Shown: piece by piece, positions 9,924 to 19,442 of the stretch
How the letters are laid out: each line of letters opens with the position of its first letter
Numbering within the stretch: the stretch's first letter is position 1
Source of the DNA: Dehalococcoidia bacterium
GTDB taxonomy: Bacteria > Chloroflexota > Dehalococcoidia > Bin125
Assembly: GCA_963663895.2 (NCBI GenBank)
Contig: CAXXRD010000002.1
Span: forward strand, 512,001 to 576,000
Length of the DNA: 64,000 nt
Reading direction: 5' to 3'
The notes under the pieces: generated by a model
Told to the model about the DNA's origin: nothing
The model's input: only the letters and a program-made list of their open reading frames with translations
Databases searched by the model: none
Program-made: the position numbers and the translations under genes

Positions 9924-10385
9924 TCAGGCCGTCTGGTCCGCCACCCGCTGCCGGACCCAGCCCTTGTCGTAGGGCGTCATGAAGTGCAGCTCCTGGCCGA
10001 GACGGGTGACCATCCAGCAGCCGTCGATCTTCTTGAGCGTCGCGTCGTGGGTGAGGCCTCCGATGTGGGCGGTGCCGTTGAGGTTGGGAGTCTCGAAGCC
10101 GTACCAGGTAGCCGTGGCCTCGTCGCCGTCGATATCGATCGCGTAGCCGTCCCAGTAGTGCATGGTGAAGGGAACCCGTGCGCGCATGCCGTCGATGAAC
10201 TCCTGGATGGCGGCGCGGCCCGTGTACACGCCCATCTCCATCAGGTCCATGACGCCATCCTCGCTGAAGTGGCCGGCGAAGGCGGCGCCGTCGTAAGGAG
10301 CGTCGCAAGTGGCGCCGACGGCGGCGAGGACGCGCCGCACGGCTTCGATCTCCTCCAGCGTTCGAATGCGATCTTCGATCGACAC
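9924..10385 (-). CDS. SnoaL-like/NTF2 family protein, copy 5
   Basis: LEEIEAVRR, FSEDGV, FTMHY, KIDGCW, FMTPYDKGW. Confidence 0.9.
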   Translation of the reverse strand: MSIEDRIRTLEEIEAVRRVLAAVGATCDAPYDGAAFAGHFSEDGVMDLMEMGVYTGRAAIQEFIDGMRARVPFTMHYWDGYAIDIDGDEATATWYGFETPNLNGTAHIGGLTHDATLKKIDGCWMVTRLGQELHFMTPYDKGWVRQRVADQTA

Positions 10386-10430
10386 GGCGCCCCCTTCCCT
10401 TCTCGTGACGGACCTTGCCCGGCGGAGCGG

Positions 10431-10898
10431 TCAGTCCATGGGCATCATGGGGGTTTTGACCCAGCCGTCCTCGTAGGGGGTGAAGAAGTGCAGGTTGGCG
10501 TTGACCTGCTTGAAGCGCCAATTGTCGCCGACCTTTTGGTAAACGTCGTCGTACGTGGCACCGAGGAAAACGGCGCGACCGTTCACGGTGGCGGGCTCCC
10601 AGATATACCAGTGACCGGTGCCGGAGGTGAAGGGCGGATCGACGTCAATGGTGTGGCCGATCATGTAATGCAGCGCGAAGGTGAAGGCCTTGGAGGCACC
10701 TTCCCAGAAACCGCGGATCTGGTCGTGTCCCTCGTAGCGGCCGAGGTCGCCGCCGTCCCAGACGGCGTCTTCCGTGAAGAGAGCGGTGAGACCCGGCGGA
10801 TCGTAGTTGGCGTCACAGAGCTGTGCATAGCGGATCTTGAGACGGCGGATGCCTTCGATCGCTTCCAGGCGTTGGACTCGTTCTTCCAGGTCGGCCAT
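10431..10898 (-). CDS. SnoaL-like/NTF2 family protein, copy 4
   Basis: RLEAIEGIRRLKIRYAQLCD, LFTEDAVWDGG, FALHY, FFTPYEDGW. Confidence 0.92.
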   Translation of the reverse strand: MADLEERVQRLEAIEGIRRLKIRYAQLCDANYDPPGLTALFTEDAVWDGGDLGRYEGHDQIRGFWEGASKAFTFALHYMIGHTIDVDPPFTSGTGHWYIWEPATVNGRAVFLGATYDDVYQKVGDNWRFKQVNANLHFFTPYEDGWVKTPMMPMD

Positions 10899-10945
10899 GG
10901 TTCGTCCTTTCCCGTTTCGTCTCGGTTCGTCTCGTTTCGTCGGCG

Positions 10946-11410
10946 CTAGCCGGGCAGCATCGGCGTCTTCACCCAGCCGTCTTCGTAGGGCGTGATGAAG
11001 TGGATGTTGACGCGCATGCGCGACGCCAGCCAGGTGCCCTCGACGTTGCGGTACTCGTCGTCGTAGGTGATGGCGCCGAGCGTGGCGGCGTTGTTGATGG
11101 TCATCGGCGCCCAGAGGTACCAGTGGCCCGTCGCGGAGCCGGCAGCGAGATCGACGTCGATCGTCTGCCCCACCATGTAGTGGAGGGCGAAGCTGATCTG
11201 CTCGGGGATGCCGTCGAACAGCGCCTTGATGGCGGCGCGGCCGCGGTGCACGCCGAACGACTCGCCGCCGTCCCAGACGGCGTCCTCGGTGAAAAAGGCC
11301 GAGATGCGGTCGCCGTCGTAGCCGTCGTCGGCGACGCGCGCGTAGGCGATCTTGAGGCGGCGGATCGCCTCGATCGCTTCGAGCCGCTGCACGCGCTCTT
11401 CGAGATCCAT
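10946..11410 (-). CDS. SnoaL-like/NTF2 family protein, copy 3
   Basis: RLEAIEAIRRLKIAYARVAD, FTEDAVWDGG, FALHY, FITPYEDGW. Confidence 0.92.
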   Translation of the reverse strand: MDLEERVQRLEAIEAIRRLKIAYARVADDGYDGDRISAFFTEDAVWDGGESFGVHRGRAAIKALFDGIPEQISFALHYMVGQTIDVDLAAGSATGHWYLWAPMTINNAATLGAITYDDEYRNVEGTWLASRMRVNIHFITPYEDGWVKTPMLPG

Positions 11411-11453
11411 CTGGTCCTCTCCCGCTCGGATCGCCGGAGCGTGTAGCGGTCCG

Positions 11454-11924
11454 CTACCCGTCCGTGACCATGCGCGTCTTCACCCACCCGTCCTCGTAGG
11501 GGGTGAGGAAGTGGAAGGTGAGGGCCATGCGAGAGAAGAGCCACTCGCCGTCCACTTTCCTGTGCTCGTCGTCGTAGGTGATGGCGTTGAGGATGGCGCG
11601 GCCCTGATAGGTCATGGGCTCCCACAGATACCAGTGCGCCTTGGCCGAGGTACCGGACGGGTCGACGTCGATGGTGTGCCCGATCATGTAGTGCAGGGCG
11701 AAGGTGAGGTCGTTCGACATGTCGTCGAACATCGCCCCGATCGCCCCCCGGCCGTTCTGGACGCCGAACTCCTTGCCGCCGTCCCAGACGGCGTCCTCCG
11801 TGAAGAGGGCGGCGAGCTTGCCGCCGTCATAGCCGGTGTCGCAGAGCCGGGCGTACCTGATCTTGAGACGGCGGATCGCCTCAATGTCCTCCAGGAGCTG
11901 GACACGATCCTCCAACGATGCCAT
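11454..11924 (-). CDS. SnoaL-like/NTF2 family protein, copy 2
   Basis: Start re-set to MASLEDRVQ (GGAGG RBS). YARLCD, LFTEDAVWDGG, FALHY. Confidence 0.92.
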   Translation of the reverse strand: MASLEDRVQLLEDIEAIRRLKIRYARLCDTGYDGGKLAALFTEDAVWDGGKEFGVQNGRGAIGAMFDDMSNDLTFALHYMIGHTIDVDPSGTSAKAHWYLWEPMTYQGRAILNAITYDDEHRKVDGEWLFSRMALTFHFLTPYEDGWVKTRMVTDG

Positions 11925-12071
11925 GGCCGTTCCTCCCTCGCCCGGCCGGCGACCGCGCCGGGGCCTGAACGCTGCTTGCGCGGGGCAGGCTAGCGCCCGG
12001 CGCGGCCGAGCCACAAGAAGGCGGAGCCTTCCAGGTGGAGGCCGGGCGGAGAGGCGCTGGGGCCGAAGCGT

Positions 12072-12533
12072 CTAGGTTTCGATGAACTGCTGCTGGACCC
12101 AGCCTTTGTCGTACGGGGTGGCGAAATGGAAGTTCAGCTTGGAGAAGGCGATCTTCCACTCGCCGTCCACGCGCTTGTAGCGGTCGTTGTAGGTGATGGC
12201 GATCCAGATCGGCTCGCCGCTCTCGGCCGTGGCGGGCTCCCAGAGGTACCAGTGGCCGGTGGCGTCGTCGCCGTCGACATCAATGGTCTGGCCCATCATG
12301 TAGTGGAGGAAGAAGGGGAGCTTCTTCTTGGCCTCCTCGAAGAATTCGGTGATCTGCGCGCGGCCCTTGGCCTCGCCGACGAGGCCGCCGTCGAGCTCGG
12401 CGTCCTCGGTGAAGAGGGCGGCGTACTGGGCGCCGGGGACGCGCTCGTCGACGGCGCGGGCGTAGGCGATCTTGAGGCGGCGGATGGCCTCCAGGTCCTC
12501 CAATAGCTTGACGCGTTCCTCGAGTGTCGGCAT
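12072..12533 (-). CDS. SnoaL-like/NTF2 family protein, copy 1 (first gene of the leftward array)
   Basis: Start re-set to MPTLEERV (AGGAGAG RBS). YARAVD, LFTEDAELDGG, FFLHY, YNDRYKRVDGEW. Confidence 0.92.
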   Translation of the reverse strand: MPTLEERVKLLEDLEAIRRLKIAYARAVDERVPGAQYAALFTEDAELDGGLVGEAKGRAQITEFFEEAKKKLPFFLHYMMGQTIDVDGDDATGHWYLWEPATAESGEPIWIAITYNDRYKRVDGEWKIAFSKLNFHFATPYDKGWVQQQFIET

Positions 12534-12714
12534 GGTGACTCTCCTTTCCTGATCCGGTTGCGATGCGGATGCCTCGACAGCTAGCGGCACGGAGGGTAGC
12601 GGACGCGCCGTCCGCGCGGCGACGATTGCAGCCGGTTCTATACTCCGAGGCAGCGCGCCCTTTGCGCGGCCGATGCGGAACGGGGACGCGCAGGCTCAAG
12701 TAAAGGACCACCCG

Positions 12715-13971
12715 ATGAGCAGCAACAACGGCGATCAGCACCAGAACGGTCAAGGCCCGCTGGCGGGGATCAAGGTCATCGAGTGCAGCACCTGGGCCTT
12801 CGGGCCGATCGCCGGGCACATGCTGGGCGACTTGGGCGCGGACGTGATCAAGGTCGAGAACCCGAACCTGCCGGACGCGGCGCGGGGGCTGACGCTGGTG
12901 GCGGGCGTGGACGTGGGCCTGCCGGACGGCGCCAGCTCGGTGTTCGAGCTGTTCAACCGCAACAAGCGCTCGATCCAGATCGATCTGAAGCAGGAGCGCG
13001 GCCGCGACCTGCTGAAGGAGCTCGTGCGGGACGCCGACGTGTTCCTCGAGAACTTCCGGCCCGGCGTGTTCGACCGGCTCGGCATCGGCTACGACGACCT
13101 GGCCAAGGTAAACTCGCGGATCATCTACGCCTCGACCTCGGGCTACGGGTTCAAGGGCGCGGAGGGGCAGCGGCCGGCGCTCGACCCCGTCGGGCAGGCG
13201 CGCTCGGGGCTGATGTGGTCGACGGGAGGGCCGGGCGACCCGCCCAACTGGAACACGCTGGGGTTCGCGGACCTGATGGGCGGCAACATGCTGGCCTACG
13301 GAATCGTGAGCGCCCTGGCGGCGCGGGAGCTGCACGGGGTGGGGCAGAAGGTGGAGTGCTCGCACCTGATGGCATCGATGTGGCTCGGGCACACGGCGAT
13401 CGCGAGCGCCTGGTATCAGGGAGACGGGGAGTGGGAGCGGTTCGAGCGCAGCGAGGCGAGCAACCCCCTGGCCAACCACTACGCCTGCGGCGACGGCGAG
13501 TGGCTGCTGCTGGCGCTGTCCGACTCGAACGCGGACTGGTCGAGCTTGTGCGAGGCGCTGGATCTGGAGGCGCTGATCGAGGAGCCGCGCTTCGCCACGG
13601 CGGAGCGCCGGCGAGAGAACGCGGTGGCCCTGGTGGCGCTGCTGGACGCGCGCTTCGGCGAGCGGCCCGCGGCGGAGTGGCAGCAGCGGTTCGCGGAGAG
13701 CGAGGCGGTGACGGTGCATCCGCTGCGCCGGATCGCGGATCTCCCGAACGATCCGGCGGTGCAGGCGAACGGATACTTCACGGACGGCGTGCACCCGCGC
13801 TACGGGCCGATGCCCGAGCTGCTGCACCCGGTCGCGTTCGGGAAGACGCCCGCGACGGTCCGGCGCTACGCGCCCCAGCTGGGCGAGCACACCTGGGAGG
13901 TGCTGCACGAAGAGCTGGGCTACGACTCCGAGCGGATCGCCGGGCTGACCGCGGAGGGCGTCGTCGGCTAG
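12715..13971 (+). CDS. Family III CoA-transferase (CaiB/BaiF)
   Basis: PLAGIKVIE, LGDLGADVIKVE, NRNKRSI, ENFRPG; putative catalytic Asp in GFADLMGG; APQLGEHT. Confidence 0.95.
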   Translation: MSSNNGDQHQNGQGPLAGIKVIECSTWAFGPIAGHMLGDLGADVIKVENPNLPDAARGLTLVAGVDVGLPDGASSVFELFNRNKRSIQIDLKQERGRDLLKELVRDADVFLENFRPGVFDRLGIGYDDLAKVNSRIIYASTSGYGFKGAEGQRPALDPVGQARSGLMWSTGGPGDPPNWNTLGFADLMGGNMLAYGIVSALAARELHGVGQKVECSHLMASMWLGHTAIASAWYQGDGEWERFERSEASNPLANHYACGDGEWLLLALSDSNADWSSLCEALDLEALIEEPRFATAERRRENAVALVALLDARFGERPAAEWQQRFAESEAVTVHPLRRIADLPNDPAVQANGYFTDGVHPRYGPMPELLHPVAFGKTPATVRRYAPQLGEHTWEVLHEELGYDSERIAGLTAEGVVG

Positions 13972-14008
13972 GGCCGGCCATTTCCCGCCGGAACGCGAGG
14001 GGGTAATC

Positions 14009-15232
14009 GTGGCCGAGGGTGCGCTGCGGGGGATCACGATCATTGAGGCGGCGACGCACGTCCTGGGGCCGATGGCCGCCGCCATGCTGGGCGACCAGGG
14101 CGCGGACGTGATCAAGGTCGAGGGCTTGGCGGGCGACCCGGCGCGCACGCTGCGCGAGTACGCGGGCTACGACGTCTCGCTCGGAGAGGAGAGCAACGCG
14201 ATCTTCGAGGTGATGAACCGCAACAAGCGGGGGATCGCGATCGACCTGGAGAGCGCGGCCGGCCGCGGCCTGCTGCGGGAGCTGCTGAGCACGGCGGACG
14301 GATTCATCGAAGGGTTCGGGCCGGGAGCGCTGGCGGCGCGCGGGCTGAGCTACGAGTCGTTGGCGAACGAGAACCCGGGGCTGATCTACTGCGGCCTCAG
14401 CGCGATGGGGCCGGCAGGGGAGGAGGCCGCGGCGCCGGGGCCGGACGCGGCGGCGGCGGCGCGGTCGGGCCTACTGTGGATGGCGGGCGCGCCGGGCAGC
14501 CCGCCCAACTGGAACAACCTCGGCCTGGGTGACACGATGGGCGCCAGCATGGTGGCCTACGGCATGGTGGCGGCGATCACGGCGCGGGCGCGGGGCGGAA
14601 CGGGGCAGCGGCTGGACGTGTCGCAGCTCATGGCGCTGGCCTGGCTGGAGCGCTGGGCCGTGGAGACGCTGCTGGTGCGCGGGCTGGACGAGTGGCCGCG
14701 CTTCGATCGCGAGAACACCCGCAACCCGCTGTTCAGCCACTACCGCTGCGGCGACGGGGAGTGGATCATCCTGGGGATCGTCGACCACGAGCGCGACTGG
14801 GATCCGTTCTGCGAGGCGATGGGGCTGGAGTGGATGCACGGGGACGAGCGCTTCAACACGGGCGCAGCGCGCATCGCCAACGCCCGGGCGCTGGTGCAGG
14901 CGCTCGATCGGCGCTTCGCGGAGGAGCCGCGAGCCTACTGGGAGGAGCGGCTGGGGTCGCAGCGGGCGCTGGTGTTCGACCGGGTGCAGAAGATCCGGGA
15001 CCTGCCGCAGGACCCGGCGGTCCAGGCCAACGCCTACCTCCAGGACGTAGAGCACCCGCGCCACGGACCGGTGAAGATGCTCACGCACCCCGCGCTGCTG
15101 ACGAAGACGCCGGCGGCTTACTACTGCCCGGCGCCGGAGCTGGGCCAGCACACGGACGCCGTGCTGCGCGAGCGGCTGGGCTACGACGACGCCCGGATCG
15201 CGGCGCTGCGCGCCGAGGGCGTGATCCGCTAG
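14009..15232 (+). CDS. Family III CoA-transferase (CaiB/BaiF)
   Basis: LGDQGADVIKVE, NRNKRGI, GLGDTMGA, APELGQHT. Confidence 0.93.
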   Translation: MAEGALRGITIIEAATHVLGPMAAAMLGDQGADVIKVEGLAGDPARTLREYAGYDVSLGEESNAIFEVMNRNKRGIAIDLESAAGRGLLRELLSTADGFIEGFGPGALAARGLSYESLANENPGLIYCGLSAMGPAGEEAAAPGPDAAAAARSGLLWMAGAPGSPPNWNNLGLGDTMGASMVAYGMVAAITARARGGTGQRLDVSQLMALAWLERWAVETLLVRGLDEWPRFDRENTRNPLFSHYRCGDGEWIILGIVDHERDWDPFCEAMGLEWMHGDERFNTGAARIANARALVQALDRRFAEEPRAYWEERLGSQRALVFDRVQKIRDLPQDPAVQANAYLQDVEHPRHGPVKMLTHPALLTKTPAAYYCPAPELGQHTDAVLRERLGYDDARIAALRAEGVIR

Positions 15233-15239
15233 GGCGTGT

Positions 15240-15383
15240 TACAAGCTGCGGCACATGGTCGAGAACTGGTTTGCGGACCTCAAGCAGTTCCGCGGGCTGA
15301 CCACGCGCTACTGCAAGCTGGTCGAGCGGTTCCGGGCGTTCGTGTGCCTGGCGGGCTGGTACCTGGCGACGCGAGGAGGGTAG
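15240..15383 (+). mobile_element. IS5-family transposase C-terminal remnant
   Basis: Manual translation YKLRHMVENWFADLKQFRGLTTRYCKLVERFRAFVCLAGWYL* matches the IS5 C-terminal motif Y..R..VE..F..LK.FR...TRY.K. There is no N-terminus. Confidence 0.85.
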
Positions 15384-15471
15384 TATATGGCTCCAGCAGC
15401 AGACCCCAGCTCTGGGGTGCGGCCTAACGGAGATTGACCGTGTCACCAGTCGTTGTTCTTCAACGGGTCTA

Positions 15472-15735
15472 GTGGCCGCAGAATCCCTTTTTGTCGTTGT
15501 CCTTCCTGAGCCCAACACAGAGGTACAGGAACGCCTTAAGCAGTTTCCTGATTCGCACCCACTGACAGATACCGCGTTTCTCATCCGCACATCCATGTTG
15601 GTCAAGGATGTGAGTGTCGCGCTGGGACTAGGAGAAGAGCCTGCTATTGGCTCTGGTATCGTCTTTCGCTTGAATGGGCTCTATTGGGGTCGCTCAGATC
15701 GGAATACGTGGGACTGGCTCTCGCGTGGAACGTGA
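15472..15735 (+). CDS. Small hypothetical protein, possibly a Cas2-like/ferredoxin-fold family member
   Basis: 87 aa in a lower-GC segment. LFVVVL...LTDTAFLIRT...IVFRLNGLYWG...TWDWL resembles small beta-alpha-beta proteins ending in W.WL. Pattern recognition only. Confidence 0.6.
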   Translation: MAAESLFVVVLPEPNTEVQERLKQFPDSHPLTDTAFLIRTSMLVKDVSVALGLGEEPAIGSGIVFRLNGLYWGRSDRNTWDWLSRGT

Positions 15736-15976
15736 CGGAGACCGTCAACCATCCCCAGAGGAAATTAGGGGTGTTGCGGACGAAGTACGTCGCTACTACC
15801 CAACCAGGGGCGACGTACAGGATCTGATTAAGCCTGTTTCCGACAGCCTTATCGAACTACGGAGCCAACTGCGGGTAGCAAAGTTGATTGTGTTCGCGCT
15901 GATCCCAATCGTGTGCGCAGCAATGACAGTTTCAGGGATCGTCGCAGCTGCCTTGATATCCCGCTGTCAGTCCTAA
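15725..15976 (+). CDS. Small hypothetical protein with a C-terminal transmembrane helix
   Basis: GTG start overlaps the upstream gene end. Helical segment followed by hydrophobic LIVFALIPIVCAAMTVSGIVAAALI. Confidence 0.5.
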   Translation: MERDGDRQPSPEEIRGVADEVRRYYPTRGDVQDLIKPVSDSLIELRSQLRVAKLIVFALIPIVCAAMTVSGIVAAALISRCQS

Positions 15977-16041
15977 CAATGCGGGCGCACCGGCGGGCGG
16001 CACCGAAGAAGGAAGAGTTGTTAGATCGTAAGAGGAGACTG

Positions 16042-16359
16042 ATGCCGAACGACAACCCCGACCCGCTCGACCTCGCGGATCAGATCGGTGAAATTGCACG
16101 CGCGGAACGGGAAGATGAAAAGAAAGCCGCCGCCGCTCGGGAAATTTTATCGAAAGCTGGATGGTTGATCGATATCAACACAGCGCGGAAGGAGTTGGCA
16201 CATGGGGGTGGGGGTGTTGAGGGTTCTTTTGATGAAGGGTTCGTGACCCTAGAGTTCTCACGAATCAGTGAGGTCGCTGTGTTCGAGTCTGCGGATGAGG
16301 CCCTCGCCTATGTCGCAGACATGGAGACGCGCCTTGGGGCGCATGTAAACAGTCCTTAG
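16042..16359 (+). CDS. Hypothetical protein (105 aa, acidic)
   Basis: Strong AGAGGAG RBS before the ATG; protein-like composition. Confidence 0.65.
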   Translation: MPNDNPDPLDLADQIGEIARAEREDEKKAAAAREILSKAGWLIDINTARKELAHGGGGVEGSFDEGFVTLEFSRISEVAVFESADEALAYVADMETRLGAHVNSP

Positions 16360-16362
16360 CGG

Positions 16363-19300
16363 CTACTTGGGCCGGGTGGACTTGCCGCCGTGCACCGTCG
16401 GCTCCGCGCACCACTGCCGGGCGCAGCACGTCCAGCGGCTCCAGGATCGACTCCGGCAGGCCGAGCAGGTCGCAGAGCACTGCTTGGTCGAGCGCCTGGC
16501 GCGTCTCGTCGCGGTAGGCCTCGTTGGCGGGCAGGAAGGTCCAATCGCGGAAGTCGGCGAAGAGCTTTTCCGCCAGCCGGAGCTGCCGCGCATTGAGCGT
16601 TCGCACGTCCAGCACCGGCAGGGACGGCAGACCCGAGATCGTCAGGATCGCGCGTCCCTGCTGCTGGCGGCCGGCGATCCACCAGAAGCAGATCAGCCCC
16701 AGGGTGGTATTCGCCCACAGCGCCAGCGCCTCTTCCCAGTGCTCGGTCGCGCCCTCAACGGTGAAGTTCGGCCAGGCCCTGCCGCCGATCGAGCGCTCAG
16801 GGGTGAGGCAGGCGGCAAGGCTCTGTGAGTTGAGCCGGAAATCAAGACTGAAGTGGAGCCGGGTCGCCGTTTCCCATACAGCGACGGCCCGGGCGTCGCT
16901 GTCCAGTCGCACCCGACCTTCGCTGTCGGGATCCACCACAAGCCGCCGTTCGCGGTGCGCATCGTGCTTCCAGAGCATAGGATACGCCGCAGGTAGTTCG
17001 TGTCCGAACACCACATTGAACGGCCCACGTTGCATACCTGCTTTGTTCCGCTCTTTACCGGAAATATCACGGTGCACCAAGCCACGGTTGCCCACTGCGG
17101 CAAGCACGGTAATAGGAACAGGAAACGACTCCGGTAACCTCGGCAGGCGCAGCGTGCCGTGGGACAACTCGACACCAGCGTTGGTAACATTCAGCTCCCT
17201 TAGCGATGCACAGCCGCCATCGGCAAGCGATGCGTGGATGTAGCAGCCGATCTCGTCGTCGCCGATACAGAGAAATCCAGTCTCTGAGGCAGGAATCTGC
17301 TCGATCACGCGAGCGAACGCAGTCGCATCGATAGTGCTGCGTGGACGCCGCCGAAGGTTGACATAGACAGCCGGAGCATCCGCTTCGTCCGTCTCAATCG
17401 ACTCACTGTTCTTCACGGCGACGACCAGCGCCTCGCCCATGCCGGTATCCGCCGAAAACGCCGTAGCGAACTTTCCTGTCGCGGCCAGCGTGATCACCAC
17501 GACATCGCGGTAGTGGCGCGCGAGCAGACGGCGCGTTTCCATCCACGCTTCGCCCGAGATCATTGCCAGCGGCAGAACTAGGGCAAGCACACCACCCGGC
17601 TTTACTTTCTGATCTGCGAGATCGATGAAGTTGGATGCCAGTCCGGCGTTGCCGTCTCCAGCTGGCTGCACCAACTGGCCGCGAATCTTCCCCAGGACCA
17701 CTGACATACGCGTCTGCTCTTCTGCGCTTGTTGCGAACCCCACGAACGAAGGCACAGGTACTCCGTAAAAGCCCGCATGATTCGTAGGCCGCGTGAAGGG
17801 CGGATTCATAATCACGAGGTCGGCGCTCTGCGGCGGCAACACCAGCTCGCGGAAGTCTTCAGCCTCGGCCTTAGCCTCGGTATCTGCTCCTTTGCCGCGC
17901 ACGATCCGAGGGCCGGTACTGAACAGGCCCAACATCCTGTCGCTCTCGATCAGGTCGAGCGAGCCAATGGCGATGGTCCCGCCGGTCTCCTCGTCCTGCC
18001 TGCCGTAGGGCATCGTGTGGACCTGCGTGTTGCCGAAGGTCACGGCCGGGTGGGCGCTCGACAGCATGGAGGCGGTCAGGTGCGTCGCCGCCGGCATGAT
18101 GTCCGCGCCGATCAGCGCACGCTCCATCATGACGCGGTGTATGCCTCCATCATCACGACCAGCGCGGCGATGGCGCGCCGCGACCGCGCGGTAGGCGGCG
18201 GAGAGCAGAATGCCCGTGCCGCAGGCGAGGTCGGCGATGCGCAATTCGGTCAGCGCCTCCGGGTCGGCCCAGTCCACGTCCAGCTTCGAGACCGCCATCT
18301 CGGCCAGCAGCGCGGCGGAGGCGGGCAGGGTGTAGAAGGTCGCCAGGAACTTCCGGTCCACGATCAGCCGCCCGAACATCTGGCCGGCCATGTCCTGCGT
18401 GCTGGTCACTCCGATGCCGTCGAGATCGCCCGCGACCAGATGCAGGCGATCGAGCAACGCCTGGGCCTTGCCGTTGGGGATGGGGAGCAGCACGTCCGAG
18501 GCGATCTTGAAGATGGGCCAGTAGTTGATCTCGTCGAGGATGTAGCGCCACGTCTTCAGCACCTTGCTCTTCAGCAAGCGCCCGCGGGCGCCGCGTAGCT
18601 CGTCGAGCGTGGGGATCTGGTAGGCCCCTGCGATGCCGGTGTGGACGGTGAGCGCGTTGGCGATGATCGCCGCCGCCATGCGCGAGGTCTGCTCGCCGTC
18701 CTCCTGGTGAAGCGCCTCGGCGATCTTCTTAAGGACATCGGGGCGGTCGTCCTTGAGATCGGCGCGGAGGCGGTCGGCGGCCTCCCGCACGCCGTCCTCA
18801 AGGATGCGCATCCCCTCGGCCAGGCGCCGCTCGGAGAGGGCGGTCCCCTCGATCAGGCCCGCGAGGTCGTCGATGCCGCCCCGCAGCCAGCCCGACTCCG
18901 GCCAGCGGATGGGATCGTCCGGCTCCTCTTCGCGGTGGGTGAGCACGCAGTAGCGGAACGCCGCCCCGGCGATGCCCTCGGCGAGGTGGCCCTGATCACG
19001 GCGCAACGCGGCCGGCAGGCAGACGGCGATCGCCTGCTCGACCTGGTCGCCGGTCTCCGCCATGACCAGGCCGAGGCGGTCGCGCGCCTCGGCCTCGACG
19101 GTATGGGCGGGATCGAACTCGGTCTCAACGATCACCGGCGCGCCGCCGGGATGGCGGATCACGATATCCGGCTGGAGTCCTGGATGATCCCGGATGACGC
19201 CGCTCTGCTCCGCCCCGATGCGATCGCGCCAGCGCGGGTGCTTGCCGCGCAGCGCGTTCGCGAGCTCGATATTGAAAGCCGGTTCGGTGGTTTGCGGCAT
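16363..19300 (-). CDS. Type IIG-like fused restriction endonuclease/N6-adenine methyltransferase (one +1 frameshift near 16420)
   Basis: N-terminal PD...ETE nuclease-like motif (QPDIVI...VIVETE), motif I ADLACGTG, motif IV MNPPF. The native C-terminus ...RQWCAEPTVHGGKSTRPK* lies in another frame. Confidence 0.88.
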
Positions 19301-19442
19301 CGGCGTCACCGTAGCGCTTGCGCCGTGCAGACGAAAACGCGCCAGCGGACTCTCCATCCACAAGCAAACCGCTTGAATCCGCGCGTAGAATGCCGGCAGG
19401 CGCGCGACGAGCGGCGCGTTCCCTGAACGACGGGAGCAGGCG

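Noticed and set aside
15472-15735. CRISPR-Cas locus suggested by the Cas2-like protein
   Set aside because: There is no cas1 or other cas gene and no repeat-spacer array in the window. The fold call itself is tentative.
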